Origin: Candidatus Scalindua sp.
GTDB taxonomy: Bacteria > Planctomycetota > Brocadiia > Brocadiales > Scalinduaceae
Length of the DNA: 32,000 nucleotides
Direction of reading: 5' to 3'
Assembly: GCA_031316235.1 (NCBI GenBank)
Contig: JALDRA010000001.1
Location: 480,001 to 512,000 of the forward strand
Below, piece by piece: positions 1 through 7,509 of the stretch (the first letter of the stretch is position 1; every line of letters starts with the position of its first letter). A program made the translations under genes and the position numbers. The notes beneath the pieces were generated by a model. It made no database searches. It was given only the letters and a program-made list of their open reading frames with translations, and was not told the origin of the DNA.

Positions 1-750
1 CAACTCCGGCCCACCTCCGTACAGCTGGCTGGTAATACCTCGATGCGCAGGGTAATTTGCTGCGTCGTTGCTATCCAGCAGATACAGTTTCACGCAGCCG
101 ACCTGAACCTGCCAGGCGCGTAGCCAGACCGAGTAACCGGGCAACACGACCTCTAATCGCAACCACTCTCCATTCGGCTTACGCAAGGGAGTAATCGGTA
201 ATTGTCCCGGATCGTTATACGGAAAGAGGGCTTGCTGCGCGCCATCCTTGTCGATCGCCTGGCGAAAATAGCCTTGCTGGTAGAGCAGTCCCATGCCGAT
301 CACCGGTACACCCAAATCACTGGCAGCTTTGAGTTGATCTCCTGCCACGTTACCCAGTCCACCCGAGTAGATGGGCAACGCTTCGCTCAACATGAATTCC
401 ATGCTGAAATACGCAACACAGTTCAGCGGAGATTGCGGGTAAGTTTGCTGAAACCACGCTGGCTCTTCCGCAGCATCCCGACTGGCTCGCACCAAATCTT
501 CAACGTTTTTATGGAAAGCGGGTTCGACCAATACACGCTTGATCTGTTCACGCGAGACCGTCTGCAGGACAACCCAGGGGTTATGCGTGATTTCCCACAG
601 TTCGGGATCAAGCTGCCGCCACACTTTGTCGGTAGCATGATTCCACGACCAGCGCATATCCAAGGCTAGTTCTACCAGAGAAGAGACTCCCTTGATTTCT
701 GTGGGCAGATGACTGTATATCGGGTGGCAGGAACGTGTTTGTTTGCTCAT
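1..750 (-). CDS. glgP: alpha-glucan (glycogen/maltodextrin) phosphorylase, N-terminal ~250 codons; gene continues beyond window start
   Basis: Absent from the ORF track because it is open to the window edge. My translation of the minus strand from ATG 750-748 gives MSKQTRSCHPIYSHLPTEIKGVSSLVELALDMRWSWNHATDKVWRQLDPELWE...YFSMEFMLSEALPIYSGGLGNVAGDQLKAASDLGVPVIGMGLLYQQGYFRQ. This is the characteristic N-terminus of GT35 alpha-glucan-family phosphorylases. The + strand ORFs 202..669 and 423..638(-) are out-of-frame artefacts inside it. Confidence 0.85.
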   Translation of the reverse strand, partial: MSKQTRSCHPIYSHLPTEIKGVSSLVELALDMRWSWNHATDKVWRQLDPELWEITHNPWVVLQTVSREQIKRVLVEPAFHKNVEDLVRASRDAAEEPAWFQQTYPQSPLNCVAYFSMEFMLSEALPIYSGGLGNVAGDQLKAASDLGVPVIGMGLLYQQGYFRQAIDKDGAQQALFPYNDPGQLPITPLRKPNGEWLRLEVVLPGYSVWLRAWQVQVGCVKLYLLDSNDAANYPAHRGITSQLYGGGPEL

Positions 751-1149
751 GACCTCTCCTTATATATTTGCCCCTCATGTAATCTACGGCTGAATTGACC
801 CAATTCTCATAACTGCGTCATAGATGCAGGGCTTCTTTCAAATATACAATTAGCAATACTCCATTTCTCCTTGCTGCGGCAGCGCCATGGTTTTGACTAT
901 GTCCCGAGTGATCAGCGACACTGCTAACCTCTTCAGGTGAGCACACAGACTATACAGTTACCTCACCAGCGTATACCAGATTCAGTGTAAATTCAAATCT
1001 ATTTTTGAACCTTTTTACGGCACAGCCCCACCGGGAGATTGTCTTTTCTTCCCCTCATCAATGTTTTTCTCGGCTGATCTTCTCTCCCGCTGCATTTCCT
1101 CAAGCGACATAAGAGAAAAACAAGAACAGAATGGCTTTGTACCATAATA

Positions 1150-2022
1150 CTATAGTGACCCGATTCCAACCTCACCATTTTCAGTAATTAAATGATCGAC
1201 AAGTTTAAGGTCTATCAGATCATGGGAGTGTGTGGTTAGATGATAGACACAATCGTCTTGTACCATATCTACCACTTTTAAATAGATATGCTGGCGTGAA
1301 CAGGGTTGGTGGGAAAATTTCAGAGATTTCACAAAGAGGTATACCGGTATATGGTTGATATGGCAGAAGGAGACAACATTTGCCGTTCCTACTACAGTCA
1401 CTGCATGCCTGTCATGGGTAACGGATACCGCACCGATGAACAGTTTAGTTGCTTTTTCAAGCTGCAGGCTCAGGGAATATTCCGGCACTATGATATGGTC
1501 TATACCGGCTTTTGTCAGCAAGGTGATCATCTGTTTTGTCCTCAAAAAATCCTGCTTGAGAACTATTGCTGAAAAATTACGACGCAGTTCTTTTTTGGCT
1601 TCGACTAAAATGCGTTCCACAACAGTACTGGCGGAATGGGTAATAACGATATCATTGTCCTGAACGTATTGCCGGCCGGCCAGGACGACTTTTTCCGTCA
1701 TGGACTCAAACAGTTTTATTTTCTGATTGAGGATCTTAACCGTATGGTCTATGATCTCATCATAACCTGCATCCGCATAGGCAGTTATTTCTGTTTCAAA
1801 CTGTTCGATGAGATGGATAAGGGGTACTATTCTCGGCTCAGTGTTTTTAATGGTTTCAATCAGTTCGGCATACTGGGCCAGAAGATATCCTCTCTTACAC
1901 CGTAACAATTTTACGGCATTTATAAAGGACTTCAATACCGTTATCGTAGTACGGTTAGTTCCAAGCGCTTCTCCATGGTCTCTGAAAAGGCTATATAATT
2001 TTTCACGTTCTGCTGTATTCAT
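1150..2022 (-). CDS. eIF-2B alpha/beta/delta-like protein (MtnA / ribose-1,5-bisphosphate isomerase superfamily), probably non-catalytic
   Basis: ORF 1150..2034. Motifs ITHSASTVVERIL, FIGAVSVT...VVGTANV and DLIDLKLVDHLITENGEV follow the IF-2B family layout (vLTH.nS / GAd.v..nG...NKiGT / D.tp..lI...iTE.G). I prefer ATG 2022 (MNTAEREK) because it forms an ATGA overlap with the upstream gene's stop (2019-2022). Confidence 0.65.
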   Translation of the reverse strand: MNTAEREKLYSLFRDHGEALGTNRTTITVLKSFINAVKLLRCKRGYLLAQYAELIETIKNTEPRIVPLIHLIEQFETEITAYADAGYDEIIDHTVKILNQKIKLFESMTEKVVLAGRQYVQDNDIVITHSASTVVERILVEAKKELRRNFSAIVLKQDFLRTKQMITLLTKAGIDHIIVPEYSLSLQLEKATKLFIGAVSVTHDRHAVTVVGTANVVSFCHINHIPVYLFVKSLKFSHQPCSRQHIYLKVVDMVQDDCVYHLTTHSHDLIDLKLVDHLITENGEVGIGSL

Positions 2023-3323
2023 AATGACAACCACAAATAAATGGAAAGATAGATCGAAGAAATTACCAATGTTATCAATGCAATCAGAGCGCTTGATCTC
2101 ATAAATTCAAAGAAGCTGACAGTATGCCTCAATTTTTTTGCAATGCCTACGGTAACTATATTAGCCGAGGCACCGACTACGGTCAGGTTACCTCCAAAAC
2201 AGGCCCCAAGGACTAACGCCCACCAGAGAATATTATTGGGAACGGGATTTGATTCCTGCATGAGGTTAACAACAGGTATCATGGCAATGGTAAAAGGAAC
2301 ATTATCCAAGAAACCGGAGACTATACCCGACACCCATAATACCATTAAGACCGTGAGGTAGGGATTGTTTCCCATGCGAAGGAACACATTATGTGCCAGC
2401 CACTCAATCACCCCTTTTGATTCCAGTACACCAACCAGAGCAAAGAGACCTGCAAAAAAAAGAAGGGTAGTCCATTCAATATCTTCCAGTATTTTCCCGA
2501 CATCGACCTTTGAAGTTACAAAGAGTAGCATGGCTACAAAAATAGACGCAACACCGGGTGTTATTCGGGTTATGGTTTGAGTAACAAACAGACCGATTAC
2601 TATCGTGAGACAGGCAAGGCTCTTGCAGACAAACATCTTATCAATCTTCATGTTCAAAAATTCATTTCGGATTTTTTCAAGGAGTAATTGAACAGAGAAT
2701 AATCTGGTAAGGTTTGTGTTAATGGGTTTAAATTTCTCTTTGTGGGTTATCCAGATAAATAGTAGTGTAGCACACATGGCAATAAAGACCGGAATGGCAA
2801 GGTTAAATATAAATTGATTAAAAGTCAACCCGACTTTGGAACCAATAATTATATTGGGTGGATCTCCGATCAGCGTCACTGTACCCCCGATATTTGAAAT
2901 AACCGCCTGGCTGATGACGTATAATTTCGGATCTAATCCCATACCGGCCGTTAATTGGATAACTATGGGAATAACAATAAGTACCGTAGTAACGTTATCA
3001 AGGAATGCCGACAAAAAGGCGGTAACAATGGAAAACAGGATCAGTATCTTCAGTGGGCTGCCCTGGGTAAGCTCAGCAATTTTTACCGACACAAATAAAA
3101 AGAGCATGGATCTTTTGAGAACGGCAACGATAGCCATCATCCCCAGCAGCAGCATGATAGTTTCAAAATCAATAAAACCAATGGCCGTATCTTCATCGAC
3201 CACTCGAAATACCAGCAGTACCATGACTCCAAGCAGTACGGCAACGGCTTTATTGATTATTTCAAGGCTGATAACAATGTAAACGGCTATAAAAACAACT
3301 ATCGGGAACCATACTCCGTACAT
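2019..3323 (-). CDS. ArsB/NhaD/CitMHS (SLC13-like) superfamily anion permease
   Basis: 434 aa polytopic membrane protein with many hydrophobic segments. The GDPPNIIIGS motif and the two-halves layout are typical of the ArsB/NhaD permease superfamily. The antisense ORFs in the track (2143.., 2365.., 2836..) are rejected. Confidence 0.7.
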   Translation of the reverse strand: MYGVWFPIVVFIAVYIVISLEIINKAVAVLLGVMVLLVFRVVDEDTAIGFIDFETIMLLLGMMAIVAVLKRSMLFLFVSVKIAELTQGSPLKILILFSIVTAFLSAFLDNVTTVLIVIPIVIQLTAGMGLDPKLYVISQAVISNIGGTVTLIGDPPNIIIGSKVGLTFNQFIFNLAIPVFIAMCATLLFIWITHKEKFKPINTNLTRLFSVQLLLEKIRNEFLNMKIDKMFVCKSLACLTIVIGLFVTQTITRITPGVASIFVAMLLFVTSKVDVGKILEDIEWTTLLFFAGLFALVGVLESKGVIEWLAHNVFLRMGNNPYLTVLMVLWVSGIVSGFLDNVPFTIAMIPVVNLMQESNPVPNNILWWALVLGACFGGNLTVVGASANIVTVGIAKKLRHTVSFFEFMRSSALIALITLVISSIYLSIYLWLSL

Positions 3324-3421
3324 AGTTAAACTCTATTCAGACTTTACTTAAAATAAAGTACTCTTTCATACATCCACGGCTATATTTTCATTCGTTACGA
3401 TTCCATCTGATATATTACTCT

Positions 3422-3820
3422 TTATCTACAACCAGGGGCTTTGCATTTATCTCTTTCACTATGAATATGAGAAGCATACTTACCTAATTGATTACTATAA
3501 GAGTCCCTATGAACAAAATAATCTGTATTTTTTAATACTACTCTATCCTTAAGATTGTACGTATCTCTCAACCTCTTCTCAAGCTCTATATTTCTCTCAT
3601 CATAGAACATCTTTAATGGAATATTTTCCTTACTCCTCCATCTCGACAGCCTTTTAGAAACCAGTGACGGTGAAACATTCAAATCATGGGCAATTTCCCT
3701 TTGCGTAACAAATCCGGGCCACCTGTCATAAATAACCCTGGCGGTCTTATTGTCCAATTCAGGGTCACTTACCGCAATCCTGTACCTGCTCTTATTGTTA
3801 CCATCTCTTTTTTCAGCCAT
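3422..3820 (-). CDS. SorC/DeoR-type HTH regulator, N-terminal domain only (lacks sugar-phosphate-binding domain)
   Basis: ARVIYDRWPGFVTQREIAHDLNVSPSLVSKRLSRWRSKENIPLKMFYDERNIELEKRLRDTYNLKDRVVL matches the SorC-family N-terminal pattern (aArLYY..g.tQ.eIA..L.vSr..VSRlL..Ar..g.V.I.i.d......Le..L...y.Lk...Vv). The ORF stops after 132 aa where about 315 aa is usual. Confidence 0.55.
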   Translation of the reverse strand: MAEKRDGNNKSRYRIAVSDPELDNKTARVIYDRWPGFVTQREIAHDLNVSPSLVSKRLSRWRSKENIPLKMFYDERNIELEKRLRDTYNLKDRVVLKNTDYFVHRDSYSNQLGKYASHIHSERDKCKAPGCR

Positions 3821-3841
3821 AATTTACTTCCTGAACAGGGA

Positions 3842-3923
3842 GTTTTAAACAATGCTCTTCCACCATAGTATGCTGTTTTTGAAATACAGACGGCTGACAA
3901 CGCTCTATGGTGTTGTTTAAAAC
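3842..3923. promoter_or_regulatory. large interrupted inverted repeat in the divergent promoter region (candidate operator)
   Basis: Left arm 3842-3868 is GTTTTAAACAA-tgctcttc-CACCATAG. Right arm 3905-3923 is CTATGGTGTTGTTTAAAAC, whose reverse complement is GTTTTAAACAACACCATAG. That gives 19 matching nt, with an 8-nt insert in the left arm and about 36 bp between the arms. Confidence 0.5.
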
Positions 3924-3940
3924 ACATTGTATAAAATATA

Positions 3941-3969
3941 TTGACACCTGTAATATATTTTCCTAATAT
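3941..3969 (+). promoter_or_regulatory. sigma70-like promoter for the Lrp/AsnC gene
   Basis: TTGACA (3941-3946), a 17-nt spacer, then TAATAT (3964-3969), about 54 nt upstream of ATG 4023. Confidence 0.4.
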
Positions 3970-4022
3970 AAACTCTTTTCGGAATTTAGTTCAATAATAA
4001 AACCAACAGGGCGGCATTACAA

Positions 4023-4616
4023 ATGGGAAGTTTCACAATGAAACTCACAAAGAACGAGATTCATGTACTTAAGCTGCTAGTCCAGAATCCACTAAGTACA
4101 AACCAGGCAATATCAAACAAGCTTGAGATAACCTCCCAGGGTGTCGGCAAGATACGGAAGCAGCTCACAGAGAAAGGGTTTATAAAAAACCAGAAATTAA
4201 GCCTGGATTATGAAAAATTAGGCGTAAACATACATACAATTGCTTTGATAAAGATATTACCCAGTGTTTTTAAAAATTTCAAGAACAACGAATTAGATAA
4301 GGTTTTAAAGCCGAATAATGCTATCAGATGTTATGCAATACCTGAGACAGACATAACCCACATAATAATTTATGCTTTCAGGAATATTAAGGAATATGAC
4401 TCATATTTCAGAAATATTTTAGAGGAATTCGGGGACTATGTGGAGATCAAACACTCCTTTGTCCTTTCATCAGGGAGCATACTGAAATCGTCATCCAAAC
4501 AGATGCTTCTGGAAGTACTCGATAGCTGGGAATTTAATAAAAAAAGAATCTACCGTCGAAACAAAGATGAATACGAAACAGGAGATATGCTGGATAACAG
4601 GAAAAATCGCTTATAA
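4023..4616 (+). CDS. Lrp/AsnC-family transcriptional regulator
   Basis: N-terminal wHTH (LTKNEIHVLKLLVQNPLSTNQAISNKLEITSQGVGKIRKQLTEKGFI) followed by a RAM/AsnC-type ligand domain pattern (LGVNIHTIALIKI...ITHIIIYAFRNIKEYDSYFRNIL). An alternative start is ATG 4038. Confidence 0.8.
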   Translation: MGSFTMKLTKNEIHVLKLLVQNPLSTNQAISNKLEITSQGVGKIRKQLTEKGFIKNQKLSLDYEKLGVNIHTIALIKILPSVFKNFKNNELDKVLKPNNAIRCYAIPETDITHIIIYAFRNIKEYDSYFRNILEEFGDYVEIKHSFVLSSGSILKSSSKQMLLEVLDSWEFNKKRIYRRNKDEYETGDMLDNRKNRL

Positions 4617-4722
4617 TGACAAATTCCGGCATTTTATACACCAGACAATTTGTACCGTACGGTTTTCAGGATTGTAAATAAAACCTTACTGTTAGAAAAA
4701 TCTCTCAATTAAATTGGATATT

Positions 4723-4749
4723 CCGGCAATTCAGATTAGAGATTGCCGG
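4723..4749 (+). promoter_or_regulatory. 8-bp perfect inverted repeat upstream of the CBS gene
   Basis: CCGGCAAT (4723-4730), an 11-nt loop, then ATTGCCGG (4742-4749), 40 nt before ATG 4789. The related word ATTCCGGCA occurs at 4623-4631 and 4720-4728. Confidence 0.3.
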
Positions 4750-4788
4750 CTGTTGAAGAATCATCATAAAAGGAGGCATAGAAATAGT

Positions 4789-5223
4789 ATGATTACGGTA
4801 AACCAAATGCTGAATGACAAAAAGGATGGGGTTTTTACTGTTACACCTGAGGACACTTTACATCATGCATTGAAAGTTATGGCAGATAAAAACATTGGAG
4901 CGGTGGTTGTAGTCAAACAGGGGAAAATCGTTGGAATGTTTTCAGAACGAGATTTTGTGCGAAATGCCGTAGCCGACAGGAAGATATCAATTGATATGAA
5001 GGTAAGTCAATTAATGACGACTGTGGTGTGCTATGTACGCCCGGAACAGGCAATAGATGAGTGCATGGCCTTGATGACAGAGAAACGTACTCGTCATTTG
5101 CCAGTACTGGACGGAGAGAAGCTGATTGGTATTATCAGCATTGGAGATGTATTAAAGCACACCATAGCTGAAAAAGAGTTTACAATTCAGAATCTTGAAA
5201 CTTTTATTTCAGGAGGTCTTTAA
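4789..5223 (+). CDS. CBS-domain pair protein
   Basis: MITVNQMLNDKKDGVFTVTPEDTLHHALKVMADKNIGAVVVV..GKIVGMFSERDFVR plus a second CBS repeat (VSQLMTTVVCYVRPEQAIDECMALMTEKRTRHLPVLDGEKLIGIISIGDVLKH). I prefer ATG 4789, with AAAGGAGG at 4769-4776, over the track start at 4714. Confidence 0.8.
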   Translation: MITVNQMLNDKKDGVFTVTPEDTLHHALKVMADKNIGAVVVVKQGKIVGMFSERDFVRNAVADRKISIDMKVSQLMTTVVCYVRPEQAIDECMALMTEKRTRHLPVLDGEKLIGIISIGDVLKHTIAEKEFTIQNLETFISGGL

Positions 5224-5501
5224 GAGATAAAACATTAAACTATGGGATCGAAATATCTGGCAAAGAGTGCGGATACAAAAACCGATTTGGTTTTAGCATA
5301 TTAACATTTTTTCATCTCTCCTTCATCATGTTTTCATGTTTGGTTGTTATATTTGTCGTTGAGAGACTGATTTGTTGCATATCAGGTGCAGCGGCCTTAT
5401 GAGTAGTTAATTTCTTCAGAAACGAAGAGGCTTATTTTTTTTACTTAATCACAGATGATGTCTTCTTCCGAATAACTGATTCTTAACAAGGAGATAGAAT
5501 T

Positions 5502-7484
5502 ATGTCAGACCTAAAAGCGGATTTGCAAGTTCCAAAGAGTGGCTTTGCGGGTCTAAAACAAAACTTTAAGCAAGACATTATTTCCGGTTTCCTGGTTTTC
5601 CTTATTGCGCTCCCATTATGTCTCGGGATATCCCTTGCCTGCGGTTACCCGGCAATAGCGGGCATATTTACGGCAATTATTGGCGCTATACTTGCCACCG
5701 TTATCAGCAACTCCGAACTGACGATCAAGGGGCCGGCTGCCGGACTTATTGTAATTGCCATCGGAGCGATAACTGAATTTGGATTTACCGGAGGTAAAGA
5801 TCCGGCATCTGATTTACAGGCATACAAGCTCGTCCTCGGAATCGGTGTTGCCGCTGGCTGCATCCAGATTCTTTTCGGTCTGTTTCGTATCGGATCTCTT
5901 AGTGATTTCTTTCCCCTGTCAGTAGTGCACGGGATGCTGGCTGCTATCGGCATAATCATCATACTCAAACAATTTCCTATCGCAATGGGTGGCCGGGCCG
6001 CGGGAGCTCCTCTTGATCTGCTCTTATCAATTCCTGCAAAGATCATACACATGAATCCGAAAATTGCTGCAATAGGTATAGGAAGCCTGGGAATTATGTT
6101 CGGAATACCGCTCATCAAGAACAAATACATCAAGATGGCACCTACTCCCATGTTAGTGCTGATATTTGCCGTACCGTTAGGATTGTATTTTGGCTTATCC
6201 CATGAGCACACATATTTTTTTGAAGGTCGCGAATACAAGGTTGGGGATGAGTTTCTGGTTAACGTTCCGGGAAATATGTTCAAGGCAATGACCTATCCTG
6301 ACTTTTCTGCGTTAAAGACGGTCTCGGGGTGGAAATGGGTGATCATGTTCTCCCTGATCGGCAGCCTGGAGTCCCTGCTCAGTGCAAATGCCATTGATCT
6401 GCTGGACCCCTGGAAACGGAAGACCAATATGAATCGGGACATGCTTGCTGTCGGGATCGGGAATACCGTTTCCGCGTTTATTGGAGGCCTTCCCATGATT
6501 TCTGAGATTGTGCGGAGCAAGGCAAATATTGACAATGGCGCACGAAGCCGTTTCTCAGATCTGTACCATGGGCTTTTTCTGCTTCTTTTTGTGGCATTAG
6601 CACCATTCTTGCTCCATAAGATACCGCTTGCCGCCCTGGCGGCAATGCTCGTATACACCGGTTTTCAATTGACTGCACCACGAAAGTTTACTCTCGTTAA
6701 ACGGATCGGGAGAGAGCAGTTAATCATGTTTGTGGTTACCGTTATAGCTGTACTGGCGACGGACCTGGTTATCGGTATTGCTATCGGGATAGGAACAAAA
6801 TTTATTTTTCATATTATTAATGGCGTTCCGATACGTTCCCTCTTTACGTCCTATCTTGAACTCAGAGAGTTAGACAATGAAACCTGCTTCATTAGAGTTA
6901 AAGAGTCGGCTGTCTTCAGTAACTGGATTCCGATCAAGAAACAGATAGAGCGTTTTGGATTAATTCGAAACAAAAACCTGATATTAGACTTGACAGATAC
7001 CGCTATGGTTGACCACAGTGTGATGGAAAAACTTCACGAAATGAAAGATACGTTCAGTCAGAACAACCTCATGCTGGAAATTGTTGGGTTGGGGGGTCGC
7101 CAGTCTCTGTCCAGCCACCCTCTTTCGACACGCAGAAAGGTAGTTGAGTTAATAAAACGTATTTTGGTCTTTACCGATTCAGTCCTTCAGCCTCTGCTTG
7201 AACAGGAATTAAACTACCATGGGGTAAAAGACTTCACAACTATCGGGTGTGGTGGTGCCGGAGTAGTAACCAGTCAGCGATTGCGTATAGAGATCATAAC
7301 CCCGCCCGACAAAGCCAAACACCTTCTGGATTTTATTCGCGGTGAGATCTTACCAAAATATGCGGAAAAATATTCAGTAAAAGCGTTTACTGAAAATGTG
7401 GAAGTAATCCTTCCCGATGAACCATATGTCACAAAATTAAGTCATAACTCTTTATCAAATCAAACCATAACCATTATGAGATGA
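5502..7484 (+). CDS. SulP-family inorganic anion transporter with C-terminal STAS domain and an additional ~110-aa extension
   Basis: 660 aa. The N-terminus (GLKQNFKQDIISGFLVFLIALPLCLGISLACGYPAIAGIFTAIIGAILATVI) and later motifs (SLESLLSANAIDLL, NTVSAFIGGLPMISEIVRSKANIDNGARSR) are typical of SulP. The STAS-like region is at about aa 455-532 (nt ~6864-7097). AAGGAG lies 7 nt upstream of the ATG. Confidence 0.9.
   Translation: MSDLKADLQVPKSGFAGLKQNFKQDIISGFLVFLIALPLCLGISLACGYPAIAGIFTAIIGAILATVISNSELTIKGPAAGLIVIAIGAITEFGFTGGKDPASDLQAYKLVLGIGVAAGCIQILFGLFRIGSLSDFFPLSVVHGMLAAIGIIIILKQFPIAMGGRAAGAPLDLLLSIPAKIIHMNPKIAAIGIGSLGIMFGIPLIKNKYIKMAPTPMLVLIFAVPLGLYFGLSHEHTYFFEGREYKVGDEFLVNVPGNMFKAMTYPDFSALKTVSGWKWVIMFSLIGSLESLLSANAIDLLDPWKRKTNMNRDMLAVGIGNTVSAFIGGLPMISEIVRSKANIDNGARSRFSDLYHGLFLLLFVALAPFLLHKIPLAALAAMLVYTGFQLTAPRKFTLVKRIGREQLIMFVVTVIAVLATDLVIGIAIGIGTKFIFHIINGVPIRSLFTSYLELRELDNETCFIRVKESAVFSNWIPIKKQIERFGLIRNKNLILDLTDTAMVDHSVMEKLHEMKDTFSQNNLMLEIVGLGGRQSLSSHPLSTRRKVVELIKRILVFTDSVLQPLLEQELNYHGVKDFTTIGCGGAGVVTSQRLRIEIITPPDKAKHLLDFIRGEILPKYAEKYSVKAFTENVEVILPDEPYVTKLSHNSLSNQTITIMR
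7149..7412 (+). other. PII-like (ferredoxin-fold beta-alpha-beta x2) domain at the C-terminus of the SulP protein
   Basis: aa ~550-637 read as KRILVFTD / SVLQPLLEQELNYHGV / KDFTTIGCGGAG / RLRIEIITPPD / KAKHLLDFIRGEILPKY / SVKAFTENVEVI. This has the same segment order as GlnB-type PII proteins (KIEAII.. / ..GITGMTVTEVKGFG / KVKIEIVVPDD.. / GKIFV). The assignment is an inference from pattern, not a search result. Confidence 0.4.
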
Positions 7485-7509
7485 GTAAAAATGGTTAAAG
7501 AGACGTAAA

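Noticed and set aside
202-669. Track ORFs 202..669 (+) and 423..638 (-)
   Set aside because: They lie inside the glgP coding region, in other frames or on the opposite strand. Their sequences have no recognisable features, while the minus-strand frame from 750 to 1 gives a clear alpha-glucan phosphorylase N-terminus.
1306-3282. Numerous + strand ORFs (1306.., 1355.., 1636.., 1808.., 2143.., 2365.., 2836..) opposite the eIF-2B-like and permease genes
   Set aside because: They are antisense shadows of well-supported minus-strand genes, with low-complexity or odd composition and no start signals.
4714-4788. Upstream extension of the CBS gene (track start 4714, MDIPAIQIRDCRLLKNHHKRRHRNS)
   Set aside because: The extension covers the palindrome at 4723-4749, is basic junk-like sequence, and a strong AAAGGAGG precedes ATG 4789.
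5414-5450. Rho-independent terminator after the CBS gene (TCTTC-agaaac-GAAGA followed by a T-run)
   Set aside because: The stem is only 5 bp and AT-rich, and the T-run is separated from it by GGCTTA. This is too weak to report as a feature.
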